From contig OZ223236.1 in the NCBI GenBank assembly GCA_965140445.1, forward strand, positions 672,001 to 736,000: a stretch of DNA of 64,000 bases. The letters are read 5' to 3'. The position numbers and the translations under genes were made by a program. This DNA is from Candidatus Ozemobacteraceae bacterium (lineage in GTDB: Bacteria > Muiribacteriota > Ozemobacteria > Ozemobacterales > Ozemobacteraceae). The notes beneath the pieces were generated by a model that ran no database searches, was not told the DNA's origin, and saw nothing but the letters and a program-made list of their open reading frames with translations. Positions 1-10,800 of the stretch are shown here, in pieces (within the stretch, counting starts at the first letter, position 1; each line of letters begins with the position of its first letter).

Positions 1-689
1 AACTAAAATTCGGTAAATACGTAAAGCTGGTTGTAAAGGATTCTGGAAAAGGTATTCCTGAGGAGATTCAAAAGAAAATTTTTGAACCCTATTATTCAAC
101 CAAAACCCCTGAATCTGGAACTGGACTTGGGTTGTCTGTTGTGCACGGGCTTGTAGCTGAGGCCAGGGGAAGTATTTTTGTTGAAAGCGCTCCAGGCTCT
201 GGAACATCTTTCATTTTATACTTTCCTGAATATGCCGACGAACAATTAGAGCATAAACCAGAAAAAACTTTGGCTCTTTGTGGTACTGAGCATATCATTT
301 TGATTGATGACGAAGACATGATTATTACTTCATTTTCTTTGATTTTGCAGAGTTTTGGTTATCAGGTGTCGTCTTTTCATGATCCTGAAGAAGCTTTAGA
401 AGCTTTTGCAAAAAGCCCCGATTCTTTTGATCTGGTTATTTCAGATATGACCATGCCCAAAATAACCGGAGATATTTTGGCTCAGAAAATGCTTAACATT
501 AGAAAAGACATCCCAATAATTATTTGCACAGGATTTAGTCAGAAACTCACAGAAGAAAAAGCCACAGAGATTGGTATCGAAAAACTAATTTTTAAGCCTC
601 TTACCGGGGTAGACCTTTCTGTTGCAGTAAGAGAAGTTTTGGATTCCAGGAAGAAAACTGGGGAAACTGAAAAAAGCACTCAAATCTAA
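1..689 (+). CDS. Hybrid sensor histidine kinase/response regulator, 3' part (HATPase_c + REC); 5' end lies outside the window
   Basis: Frame is open from position 3: VKDSGKGI (G1), IFEPYYSTK (F box), GTGLGLSVV (G2); then REC with LIDDE, SDMTMP and FKP. Confidence 0.9.
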   Translation, partial: LKFGKYVKLVVKDSGKGIPEEIQKKIFEPYYSTKTPESGTGLGLSVVHGLVAEARGSIFVESAPGSGTSFILYFPEYADEQLEHKPEKTLALCGTEHIILIDDEDMIITSFSLILQSFGYQVSSFHDPEEALEAFAKSPDSFDLVISDMTMPKITGDILAQKMLNIRKDIPIIICTGFSQKLTEEKATEIGIEKLIFKPLTGVDLSVAVREVLDSRKKTGETEKSTQI

Positions 690-748
690 AATTTGCTTGA
701 AGATTAGAATGCCTTTTAATTCTGAAATTTTGTAAAAGTTAAATCATA

Positions 749-2407
749 TTAAGGTAAATCCTTTTGGTCCAATCTGTTTTTAAGCACAAGAGTTGAGTCA
801 GCTATTTTTTCGACAAAATATCTATCGTGTGAAACAAAAATTATTGTTCCGGTGAAAATTGTTAGAGCATCTTCAAGGGCCTCTCTTGCCGTAATCTCCA
901 GGTGATTTGTCGGCTCATCAAGTAAAAGAATCTCAGGTTCAGCAAAAAGAATTTTTGCAAGTGCTGTTTTGCTTTTTTCTCCGATACTCATAGTTGAGAT
1001 TTTTTGCATTGCTTTATCTTTTTCAAGTTTTAAACAGCCCATAATTATCCTGGCCCTTGTTTGTTCTTTGTAATTTCCTTGAAGAACTTCATCAATGGCT
1101 GCTTCATCTTGATTTAAATGCTCAAACTCTTGAGAGTAATAACCAATTTTAGCAAATGAATCCCAGGCAAAATTTCCAGAATCTGGTTTAAGGTTGCCAT
1201 TTAAAATTTTTAAAAGAGTTGTTTTTCCAGAGCCATTTGGCCCGCAAATCGCCAGCTTTTGTCCTGATTCCACTGCGAAATCAAGATTTTGGAATAGATT
1301 ATTTTCCCCAAATGACTTGCTCAGATTTTCTATTTTCAAGGCAAATCGTTTTCGAGAAACTTTCTCTTTAAAAGAGATTTTTCTTTCCTTTTCGATGAAA
1401 ACCTTATTTTCTTCTGCTGTTTTTATTTCACGAGCAAGCCTTTTTTCAATTGCATTTGCTGCTCTTTGCTTGTTTTGAGTTCTTAAGGCTGCTTTCCCGG
1501 AGCCATCATCGGCTTTGCACACTTTACCATTTTTGCCTATGTCTCTTTTACGAGTAAAGTTTTCCATTTTGTTTGCTTCGGTTCTTTGCTGCCCAGCGGC
1601 CTGTTTAAGGCGGTGAATTTCTTTTTTCTTTTGTTCATTTAACAAAACTTGTCGGGCCAGCTCTTTGGCTTTTGAATCTTTGAAAAAACTGTAATTTCCA
1701 CTATATACATTTATCCTGGTATTTTTTATTTCCCATATCTGATTTACCGTGTTATCAAGGAAGCGCCTATCGTGACTGATGATCACAAAGGGGATTTTTG
1801 ACCTTTTCAGGTAGTTTTCCAGCCACTCGAGCGAAGCCAGGTCCAGATGATTAGTTGGCTCATCGAATAAAAGCAAATCAGGCTCATTAATTAGTATTCT
1901 CGAAAGTGCAAGACGGGTTTTCTCCCCACCACTGAAGCTTTCAAAACTTCTTAAAAGCACGTCTGGCGGAAATCCGAATTCGGCTGCAGTTTTTTCCAGG
2001 ATGGCCTCTTTGTGAAATCCGTTTTTTTCTTGAAAGGCTCCGTATAGCTCTGCAAGCTTAATTCCATTATCGCTGGCTGGAGAGTTTTCCAGCATTTCAA
2101 TTTCAGACTTTAATTTTTGCAGTTCTGGATTAAATGACCATAGAAAATGGTATGCAGAAATTTGTGTTTCAACGTTTTGTTCCTGGGCAAGACTTGCGAT
2201 ACAGCACTTCTTATGAAAACTTAGATTCCCTGTGAAATTTTGAAGTTCGCCAGAAATAATTCGGAAAAGAGTGGTTTTCCCGCAACCATTTTGTCCGATC
2301 AAACCAATTTTGCTATCCGGGTTGATCGCAAAATCGATTTCGCAAAGAATTTGTTGAGAAGTTGATGGATACGTAAAAGAAATAGATTTACCTGTCACTA
2401 AAGACAT
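749..2407 (-). CDS. ABC-F family ATPase (ribosome-associated, possibly ribosome-protection type)
   Basis: Two NBDs (GQNGCGKTT, FSGGEK, LLFDEPTNHLD; GPNGSGKTT, MSIGEK, LLLDEPTNHLE), no TM segments, long interdomain linker; GGAGG SD at 2414-2418. Confidence 0.9.
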   Translation of the reverse strand: MSLVTGKSISFTYPSTSQQILCEIDFAINPDSKIGLIGQNGCGKTTLFRIISGELQNFTGNLSFHKKCCIASLAQEQNVETQISAYHFLWSFNPELQKLKSEIEMLENSPASDNGIKLAELYGAFQEKNGFHKEAILEKTAAEFGFPPDVLLRSFESFSGGEKTRLALSRILINEPDLLLFDEPTNHLDLASLEWLENYLKRSKIPFVIISHDRRFLDNTVNQIWEIKNTRINVYSGNYSFFKDSKAKELARQVLLNEQKKKEIHRLKQAAGQQRTEANKMENFTRKRDIGKNGKVCKADDGSGKAALRTQNKQRAANAIEKRLAREIKTAEENKVFIEKERKISFKEKVSRKRFALKIENLSKSFGENNLFQNLDFAVESGQKLAICGPNGSGKTTLLKILNGNLKPDSGNFAWDSFAKIGYYSQEFEHLNQDEAAIDEVLQGNYKEQTRARIIMGCLKLEKDKAMQKISTMSIGEKSKTALAKILFAEPEILLLDEPTNHLEITAREALEDALTIFTGTIIFVSHDRYFVEKIADSTLVLKNRLDQKDLP

Positions 2408-2488
2408 AACTGACCTCCTGAAAAGAGAGAGCCCTTTTAAAATAGGCTGGAAAAAAAGTTTTCAGATGTAAAGTCAGTCAATTTTCAT
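2408..2488 (-). promoter_or_regulatory. Putative translational attenuator: SD-sequestering hairpin plus 4-codon uORF (MKID)
   Basis: Inverted repeat AACTGAC..CTGAAAA (2408-2424) / TTTTCAG..GTCAGTC (2459-2479) spans the ABC-F SD; ATG AAA ATT GAC TGA at 2488-2474. Confidence 0.45.
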
Positions 2489-2623
2489 TTCTTATTCAGG
2501 CACTTCCTTGTTTGATTTTTTTATTTTAGCAAAAAGCATAATCTTCATGCAAGTTGATTATTTATTGATGCAAAATCTTGATTATAAAGCTAAACTTGAC
2601 TGAGAAATACTTTGGAGTGGTAT

Positions 2624-2884
2624 ATGAAAAAACTTATAATTCTATTTGCTTTAACCTTAATTACTGGCTGTGGTAGTGAAAAAGCCCCTGAAAAAACAGA
2701 AGCGGCCAAAACTCCTAAAAAGCCTATGACTAAAATGGAGAAGCTGAAAAAGAAAGCTGAGTTTACAAAAGCTGCGAGTATGGTTGGATATGACGGAAAG
2801 CAGATAAATAAAGATCTCAATAAATTTCTGGATGCTACGCAAAAGCAGAATGATGACTTTAAAAAAGCCTTGGATGGCTTGTAA
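2624..2884 (+). CDS. Small lipoprotein, unknown function
   Basis: MKKLIILFALTLITGC signal with lipobox-like ITG-C, followed by a Lys-rich helical body. Confidence 0.75.
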   Translation: MKKLIILFALTLITGCGSEKAPEKTEAAKTPKKPMTKMEKLKKKAEFTKAASMVGYDGKQINKDLNKFLDATQKQNDDFKKALDGL

Positions 2885-2929
2885 AAAGTTTTTATCTAAA
2901 AACATTCGGAAACAATTTTCCTAAAAAGA

Positions 2930-2978
2930 AACTGCCCCTTAACAAATCTAAGGTTTGTTAAGGGGCAGTTATTTTTTT
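2930..2978. terminator. Bidirectional intrinsic terminator
   Basis: 17-bp perfect inverted repeat AACTGCCCCTTAACAAA/TTTGTTAAGGGGCAGTT plus T run, between convergent genes. Confidence 0.85.
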
Positions 2979-5002
2979 TACTTAAGGTATTTTTTCCACC
3001 AGCTGACAATTTGATCCAGTCGATGAATTCTAAGATCTGCAGGACCGCCTCGACTCATGCCGTGGCTGGTATTTCGTGGATAGCGCACAAATCTTGTTGG
3101 GACCTTCCTCAATTTTAGAATAGTAAAGACCTGTTCAGCCTGCTCAATGTTACATCTCAAATCGCCTTCACTATGAATAATGAGGGTCGGAGTTTTAACA
3201 TTACCGAAATATTTTATTGGCGACTGATTCCAGTATGTTTCGATGTCATCCCAGGTGTTGCCTTTCCAATAAGAGTTTGGAAGGGTTGCAAAGTCACTGC
3301 TTCCCATCATACTCACCATGTTGGCTACACATCTATCTGTGATTGCACCGGCGAATTCGTCAGTGTGTCCAATTGCCCAGTTTGTCATGTATCCGCCATA
3401 ACTTCCGCCCATGACACCCATTTTTTTGGTATCAACAAACTTTTGCTTTTTCATAAAGTCTTTTACGGCAAGTATGTCAGTCCAGTCATTGTTACCCCAA
3501 TCTCCAGCGATTGCATGACAATGTGCTTCTCCGTAGCCTTTACTTCCGCGTGGATTGCTGAAAAATACTGCATAGCCTTCTGCTGCCAAAACCTGAAATT
3601 CATGAAAGAAGCTGTTGCCATAAAGGGCGTGTGGGCCACCATGAATTTCCAACACTGCAGGGTATTTTTTTCCGGCTTTAAAATCTACTGGTTTCATAAC
3701 CCATACATGAACTTTATTTCCGTCTGGAGTGGTTATGTATGTGTCTTCAGGCTTGGACAAATTGAGACTTTTTATTAATTTTTCGTTAAAAGAAGTCAGT
3801 TTTTTAAGACTGATTTTTGCTTTTTCAACGGAGCCAATGAACAAATCGCCTGGGTTCATCAGGTCACCGTGAATAACCGGGAGGTTTTTTCCATCCTTAC
3901 TGAAGTTAGAAAGAGAGAATTGCCCTTTTCCTGAGGTAAGAGTTTCAAATTTTCCACCAGAAGCTTTTATTCGATAAATGTGCTTATCACCGTGCCAACC
4001 AAAATTCGAATAAATGTATTTTGAATCATTTGACCAGACAATGTTTGAGCCAAATTTTGCTTCTGCTATATCTCCGATTGTTGTGGCGCCCATGCAGTAA
4101 TCTTCTTTTTCGCTCAAGGGGGTAATTGATTTTTTGGCTATGTCATAAATATATAGATGCTCGTTTTTGGAAGCCCAGCCTGGAACTTTTCCCATTCTTG
4201 CTACAAAGGCAATTTTTTTCCCATCTGGTGACCAGCTCATTGCGCTTAAACTACAATCCTTCTGATTTGGAAGGAGAGTTTCTTTGCCTGTTTTTGGGTC
4301 AAGAATGTACATTCTATCTTTCCATGGCTCTAACATTGGGTTTTTGCTGAGGTTTGCATGTATCAGCATCTTTTTTCCATCTGGCGACCAATCAAATGAA
4401 TGGGTGCCGGTTTTATCTTTATTGAAAAGTAGTTTATGCTCGCCTGTTTCTGTGTCTAGAAGATAAAGGTGAAAGCGCTGTCCATTAAAGTAGCCATCAC
4501 CATCCATTCGGTAAAAAATGCTGTCAATAACCATTGGTGGCGTGCTCAGCCCTTTTTCTTTTCTTTCTGCTTCGGCTTTTTTTGTGAGATTATCTTCGGT
4601 CGGTCTAAAAATAAGTCCCACTTTCTTGCTGTCTGGTGACCATTTAAATCCGCCAATTGCTCCTTCCGGGAACTTGCTGCAAGCTTTGGCTTCACCGCCA
4701 GTGGTAGGGATGATATAAAGCTGAGACTGACCTTCTTCGCGACCACTTAGGAAAGCTATTTTGCTGCCATCAGGTGACCAACGACCACTTCCGTCCTTGT
4801 TTCCGGAGGTAAACTGAACAGTTTCACCTTTTTCAAGGTCACTTATCCATAAGTTTTTTACACTTTTATTTTTTTCGTTGATATGCGATCTGGTAAAAAG
4901 GATCTTTTTTCCATCTGGAGATATTTGAGCATCCCCGGGGTTAATAAAGGATTTTAGATCTTCCTTTGTAATTTTTCTTGTTTTTGTTGATTTAGTTGCC
5001 AT
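2978..5002 (-). CDS. S9 family peptidase (acylaminoacyl/dipeptidyl aminopeptidase) with beta-propeller
   Basis: Repeated WSPDG propeller motifs, IHGGP, GGSYGG nucleophile, catalytic D (EGDLRC) and H (TSHG). Confidence 0.92.
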   Translation of the reverse strand: MATKSTKTRKITKEDLKSFINPGDAQISPDGKKILFTRSHINEKNKSVKNLWISDLEKGETVQFTSGNKDGSGRWSPDGSKIAFLSGREEGQSQLYIIPTTGGEAKACSKFPEGAIGGFKWSPDSKKVGLIFRPTEDNLTKKAEAERKEKGLSTPPMVIDSIFYRMDGDGYFNGQRFHLYLLDTETGEHKLLFNKDKTGTHSFDWSPDGKKMLIHANLSKNPMLEPWKDRMYILDPKTGKETLLPNQKDCSLSAMSWSPDGKKIAFVARMGKVPGWASKNEHLYIYDIAKKSITPLSEKEDYCMGATTIGDIAEAKFGSNIVWSNDSKYIYSNFGWHGDKHIYRIKASGGKFETLTSGKGQFSLSNFSKDGKNLPVIHGDLMNPGDLFIGSVEKAKISLKKLTSFNEKLIKSLNLSKPEDTYITTPDGNKVHVWVMKPVDFKAGKKYPAVLEIHGGPHALYGNSFFHEFQVLAAEGYAVFFSNPRGSKGYGEAHCHAIAGDWGNNDWTDILAVKDFMKKQKFVDTKKMGVMGGSYGGYMTNWAIGHTDEFAGAITDRCVANMVSMMGSSDFATLPNSYWKGNTWDDIETYWNQSPIKYFGNVKTPTLIIHSEGDLRCNIEQAEQVFTILKLRKVPTRFVRYPRNTSHGMSRGGPADLRIHRLDQIVSWWKKYLK

Positions 5003-5428
5003 TTATTCAAATTTTCCTTTCGTTAAATGCTCTTTCACTGTGTTCCACATCGGCTCAAAAATTGTTTCGCTGACCATTTCTGGTTCGAGCCTTTTCCAGA
5101 CTGAGTTAATGGGGAAGACAACGCTTCCTGTTTCTTCGTGAATTAAAGCATATTCGCGACCGTATTCATCTTCAATGGTTCTCCAGACCATAGCCAATTC
5201 CTGTTCCAGCATATCGCCAAAAATGGCGCCAAGGCCATTTGCAACATCTTCGTTTGCAAATTGGCGCTGGTCTTTTAAGAAGGCCAAAAAGACTTCGTCC
5301 AAAGTCGATGGCTGAATTTTTTCCGGATTAGGGGAAATATAATTATTTACTAGCTTTACCCCACTAGATATCAGCCCGGTAAGTGTTTCTTTATCTTTTT
5401 TTGTTAATTCTAAAATACTGGGATTCAT
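5003..5428 (-). CDS. Hypothetical protein, DUF3806-like
   Basis: LGAIFGD..W..IEDEYGRE.AL..VFPINSVWKR pattern; abuts the peptidase gene. Confidence 0.6.
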   Translation of the reverse strand: MNPSILELTKKDKETLTGLISSGVKLVNNYISPNPEKIQPSTLDEVFLAFLKDQRQFANEDVANGLGAIFGDMLEQELAMVWRTIEDEYGREYALIHEETGSVVFPINSVWKRLEPEMVSETIFEPMWNTVKEHLTKGKFE

Positions 5429-5901
5429 AATTTGTGATTATAAACCGTAAAACTTAGAAAAATCACTATTTAGGTTTGCATAACGACGAAGTTAAAAATT
5501 GATTTATTTTTCTTTTATTAATGTTGCGATGCAAATGCGTGCGTTGGCAAATTAAAAAGACATTGAAAATAAATGTCAGAAATTCTGTAATTCTCATCTG
5601 GCAAGTGAGTAGAGCGCAAGTCATGTTTTTTCTCTGAGTTTTTAATTAATAATCATTCTATTAATAAAGAGAAAAATAGATATGAAGTTTCTTGTTTGCA
5701 CAAAACTAAACAATTTTATGAAAAATTTTTGTATTGCGAAAAGAATTAGTAACTCTTTATTAAAGGGCGTCTTTGTGTCTATTGGGTTTCTGCAGAAAAA
5801 AAATAAAGTGCATGATATAAAAAAAAAGTTTTGCAATGCAGCACTTGACTGATTATTATGTCGAGAGTAATCTTGTTCTAGAAGGAAGGGAGAAACTATC
5901 T

Positions 5902-7164
5902 ATGAGTAGTCCCGAAATGATTGAAGAAAAAATAATTCTCGTTTTAAATTGTGGTAGCTCTTCTTTGAAATATGAGGTTTTCAAAATGCCTCAGAGAGAG
6001 AGCCTTGGCAAAGGATTAGTTGAAAGAATAGGCGACACATCCGGTAGATTGGTTCAAACTGTTGGAAATAAAAAGCTCGATATCGAGCAAACTATTCCTG
6101 ACCACAAAGTTGCAATGGAACTTGTGGCAAGGGCAATTACAGACGCAGATAGTGGTATTGTTAAAGACATGCACGAAATCTCTGGAATTGGGCATAGAGT
6201 TGTCCATGGCGGTGATAAGTATGCCTCTTCAGTTACCATTGATGATGAGGTCGTAGCTGCAATTGATGAATTCAGCGAACTGGCTCCTCTTCACAATCCA
6301 CCAAACCTCACTGGAATCAAGGTTTCTCAGGAATTGTTGCCCGGAGTTCCTCAGGTTGCTGTATTTGATACGGCGTTTCATCAAACCATGCCACCGCAAG
6401 CTTATCTTTATGGATTACCGCGCAAGTTTTATGATGAATTTAAAATCCGTCGTTATGGATTCCATGGAACAAGCCACCGTTATGTTTCCGCAAGGGCGCT
6501 GAATATTCTTAAAAGGCATCCAAGTAATACGAACATAATTTCTTGTCACCTGGGGAATGGTGGTTCGGTAACTGCAATTTCCCATGGAAAATCTGTTGAT
6601 ACCTCTATGGGCTTTACTCCTCTTGAAGGCATGATAATGGGGACCAGGTCCGGAGATCTTGATCCTGCAATCTTTGCTTATCTTGAAGAGAGAGGCTATC
6701 CACCAGCAAAGTTGACTAAAATTCTTAATAAAGAAAGTGGGCTTTTGGGCTTGTCTGGTATTTCAAATGATATGCGAGACCTTGAAAAAGCCGTATTAGA
6801 AGGCAATGCTAAAGCACGAGAGGCAATTGATTGTTATTGTTATCGCGTAAGAAAATATATTGGTAGTTATACTGCCAATCTTGTAAAAGTAGATATTCTT
6901 GTTTTTACTGGCGGAATAGGTCAGCACGGTTGGAAAACCCGCGAGAGGATTTGCCGGAGACTTGAAAATCTCGGAATCTTTATGGATTTCGATTTGAATC
7001 GCGAAATGGGTTCTCGCGAAGGAATTGTTTCGCAGGCTTTTTCTCCTGTTACTGTAATTGTGATTCCTACAAACGAAGAATTGCAGATCGCAATTGATGT
7101 TTATGAATTGGCGTTTGGCGGCCTGGTTGAATTTAGACGCAGGGAATCCGACGTTGTTGTTTAA
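5902..7164 (+). CDS. ackA: Acetate kinase
   Basis: LVLNCGSSSLK, GHRVVHGG, APLHNP, FDTAFH, RRYGFHGTSH, DTSMGFTPLEG, IPTNEE; start chosen after GGAG, ORF is open from 5836. Confidence 0.95.
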   Translation: MSSPEMIEEKIILVLNCGSSSLKYEVFKMPQRESLGKGLVERIGDTSGRLVQTVGNKKLDIEQTIPDHKVAMELVARAITDADSGIVKDMHEISGIGHRVVHGGDKYASSVTIDDEVVAAIDEFSELAPLHNPPNLTGIKVSQELLPGVPQVAVFDTAFHQTMPPQAYLYGLPRKFYDEFKIRRYGFHGTSHRYVSARALNILKRHPSNTNIISCHLGNGGSVTAISHGKSVDTSMGFTPLEGMIMGTRSGDLDPAIFAYLEERGYPPAKLTKILNKESGLLGLSGISNDMRDLEKAVLEGNAKAREAIDCYCYRVRKYIGSYTANLVKVDILVFTGGIGQHGWKTRERICRRLENLGIFMDFDLNREMGSREGIVSQAFSPVTVIVIPTNEELQIAIDVYELAFGGLVEFRRRESDVVV

Positions 7165-7179
7165 ATCTGATAACTAAGA

Positions 7180-7219
7180 AAAATGCAGTCCGTGAAAACA
7201 CGGGCTGCATTTTGTTTTT
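7180..7219 (+). terminator. Intrinsic terminator after ackA
   Basis: AAAATGCAGTCCGTG-aaaa-CACGGGCTGCATTTT followed by a T-rich tail. Confidence 0.8.
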
Positions 7220-7254
7220 ACAAGGAATTAATAAGCGAAAACCAGCGGAATAAA

Positions 7255-7863
7255 ATGAATAAAACCCTGCAATACTATGAACAAAACTCAGATGAATTGG
7301 CTGAGCGTTATGAATCAGCTGAGGTTATCCAGCTATGTGAAGATCTGAAAGATACATTCAAAGACAGCTCACACTTGCTGGAAATTGGTTGTGGCTCAGG
7401 GCGAGATGCAAGTTATTTAACCGGCCTTGGTAAGATGGTTTATTGCGTTGACGGTTGTGATGCAATGCTTCAAAAGGTAGCAAAACTACATCCTGAGATC
7501 GGCGAAAACTTGTTCAAAGTTACCTTACCGGAAGTTCTGCCATTTGAAGATTCTTTTTTTGACGGGGCTTATAGCATTGCCTGCTTAATGCATCTTGAAA
7601 CAAAAGACATCGGATTGGTGTTGAGAGAAATAAAAAGAGTCGTTCGTAGCGGAGCAGACGTGTTTATTTCAGTTCCTTTAAGTTGTGATGATGTAGATTC
7701 TGATGGGATAGACACAAAAGGCAGAACTTTTACTCTGCTAAGTAAAAGCGAATGGCAAAGTCTATTTGAAAAGGCTAAATTAGTTCCCTATGATTATCAG
7801 GCCAGGCCAGATGGCTTGAACAGACCTGGAACAATCTGGACAAATTGGAAGCTTAAGGCTTAA
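7255..7863 (+). CDS. Class I SAM-dependent methyltransferase
   Basis: LLEIGCGSGRDA motif I, LPFEDSFFDG, ACLMH; start placed at MNKTLQYY because the upstream ATG lies in the terminator. Confidence 0.85.
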   Translation: MNKTLQYYEQNSDELAERYESAEVIQLCEDLKDTFKDSSHLLEIGCGSGRDASYLTGLGKMVYCVDGCDAMLQKVAKLHPEIGENLFKVTLPEVLPFEDSFFDGAYSIACLMHLETKDIGLVLREIKRVVRSGADVFISVPLSCDDVDSDGIDTKGRTFTLLSKSEWQSLFEKAKLVPYDYQARPDGLNRPGTIWTNWKLKA

Positions 7864-10800
7864 TTTTTGTATTTGTTTTTAATTCGATTTCTTTGAGCAA
7901 ACAATAACCAACCGGCACCACAAATAGAGTCACCAGTTCAATACACATTCCTCCGAAAGTCGGAATAGCCATTGGAATCATTACATCAGCACCACGGCCT
8001 GTGGAAGTTAAAACAGGTAACAATGCCAGTATCGTTGTTGCGGTTGTCATTAAGCACGGTCTAATGCGTTTTAAACCAGCTTCTAAAACCGCAGCCTTAA
8101 GTTGCTTTTCATCAGTTGGTTCATTTTCTTTAAGACTCTCATTCAAGTAGGTTGCCATTACAACACCGTCATCACTTGCTATACCAAATAAAGCGATAAA
8201 ACCTACCCAGACTGCCACTGACAGATTCATGGCATGCATATTAAAAAGGTCACGAATGCCATTTCCAAAAATCCCAAAATCCATAAACCAAGGCTTAGAA
8301 TAGAGCCAGATAAGAATGAAACCACCAGACCAGGCAATAGTAATCCCGGTGAAGACGAGAAAAGTGACTGATACAGAGCCAAATTGTAAATACAGAATGA
8401 GGAAGATTATCAAAAGACTGATTGGCAAAATAACTTTAAGTCGATGTTCAGATCTGACCTGATTTTGATAATTCCCAATGAACTTAAAACTTGTATTGGC
8501 AGGGAGAACAATCTTGCCGTCAGTGATTAATCTGGCCAGATGCTTTTGCGCATTTTCAACCACATCTGTTTCAGCTGAACCTGGCGTTTTGTCGAAAATC
8601 ACATAACCAACCGTGAAGCTATTCTCGCTTTTTATAACCTGCGGGCCTCGGACGAAATTTATCTGAGCAAGGTCGCCAAGAGGAATTCGACGACGACTGG
8701 AACTGGTAATTGGAAGCCTTGAAATTAAATCTGGATTATCCCTTAATTCTCTGGCAAATCTTACTCTGACTGCATATCTTTCACGTCCTTCTACGGTATA
8801 TGCAATCGGTTTTCCTCCAAGAGCGGTTTCGATAAGGTTTTGTATTTCAAGAATTCTTATCCCGTGTCTGGCGGCGGCAGCGCGATCAATTTTTATCTCC
8901 AGATATGGTTTGCCCACAATTCTGTCAGCAGCAACTGTCGTTGGATCGATTCCCTCAATATTTTTGAGCTCTTTTTCCATCAGATACCCGGCCTTTTCAA
9001 CTGACTCCAGATCAGGCCCTGAAATTTGGAGTCCCATTGGCGCCCTGATTCCAGTTTGCAACATTACCAATCTGGCCGCGATGGGTTGTAAACGAGGGGC
9101 GGATGTGGTTCCGGGGATTTTACTGACTTTAACTATTTCGCTCCAGATATCGTCTGGAGTTTTTATGTGTTCTCGCCACTGGCGTTTTCGTTTTCCAGTA
9201 TTTGGATCGACTTCGCCATATTCTGATTTATAAGAAATAATTGTTTCTATCATTGATAAAGGTGCTGGATCTAAAGGAGAATCAACCCGCCCTATTTTGC
9301 CAGTTACAGACTCTACTTCCGGAATATTGCTTATGGCAATGTCCTGCTGGCGCAAAATTTCCTTTGCTTCAGAAATACTTGCATGGGGCATTGTAGTAGG
9401 CATAAGAAGGAAGCTACCTTCATCCAGAGGCGGCATGAATTCACGTCCAAGCCCTGGAAAGCTTTCATCCAGCTTGTTCCATAGATAGGATTCTTTAATA
9501 AATTTGTCCAGCTTAAGTGGAGAAAAAATTTTCGGAACCCAACCCAGAACATTGCTTGAACCCTGCCAGACCATTGCTCCCCAGAGTAGAATACATAGAG
9601 GAATGCAAGCGAAAATCAGCTTGTTGTTAAGAAAATATGATAACAGCGGAGCATAAAATTTCATAAACAGGTTGAAACTCCCGAGTATAAAAGAACAGGC
9701 CAAAAACACGGCTAACAAATTTAGGAAAAATCCTTTGCTGATACCTAATGGCATCCATAGGTAACTCAGGGAAAATATGGCTGCCAGTGCAAAAAGCCAG
9801 GTGGAATAATCATTTACAAGCTTTTTGTGTTTTTCTGATAAGCTGTTCCAGATAAGTCCTGTTATTCCCGCTGTCACTAGAATTGTTGCTATAAAGGATG
9901 AAAAAAGACTTGCTAATATGCCCGCAATAGTAACTCCAATCCATGTTTTTGAACTGGTTTGCCTTTTTTTGAAAACAAAGCTCGCTGCAACGGGAATAAA
10001 GATTAGAGCTATAAACAGTGAAGCTCCAAGAGCATAGGATTTAGTATAAGCAAGAGGTTTAAAAAGCTTTCCTTCTGCTCCGGTCATTGCGAAGACCGGT
10101 AGAAATCCCACAACTGTAGTAGAAACAGCAGTCAAAACTGCAGAACCTACTTCTGAAGTCGCTTCATAAATACTGCTTAAAAGACTGACGTTTTTGCTCG
10201 CGTCTTCCTCGATTTTTTTTACAGTGTTTTCACACAATATTACACCCATATCAACCATGGTGCCGATAGCGATTGCGATGCCGGCAAGAGACATGAGATT
10301 TGCGTCTACTCCTGTTAATTTCATAGCAATGAAGGTCATCAAAACAGCTATAGGTAGAAGACTTGAAATTAAAAAACTTGAACTTAAGTGAAACAACATT
10401 ACTGAAACAACCAATATGGTTATAATAATTTGTTGAGAAAGGGCATCTTGAAGAGTCCCAAGGGTTTCTCCGATGAGCTTGGTACGGTCATAGAATGGGA
10501 CTATTTTTACTTTGCTCATGGTGCCATTTGCTAATCTACGTGAGGGTAGTCCCTGAGAAATTTCTTTTATCTTGTTTTTGACCTTTTGAATTACTTCAAG
10601 GGGATTCGCTCCAAACCGGGTTACTACAACAGCTCCAACTGCTTCTGCACCGGATTTATCCAGGACACCTCTACGTGGTGCCGGACCAAATTTTATTTTT
10701 GCAACTTGCTCAAGAGTAATCGGGGTGCCATTAACAGCTTTTATTACTGAATTTTTAATGTCTGCCAGAGATTTTATGAAACCTATCCCGCGAATAAGAT

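Noticed and set aside
3173..3778. 201-aa antisense ORF and the many other short opposite-strand ORFs in the track
   Set aside because: They lie opposite well-supported genes and lack recognisable motifs; treated as shadow ORFs
5430..5835. ncRNA or riboswitch in the long AT-rich intergenic region
   Set aside because: No stable structure or known motif recognised; consistent with divergent promoters
5836..5901. N-terminal extension of AckA
   Set aside because: A better SD precedes ATG 5902; homology starts at IILVLNCGSSS
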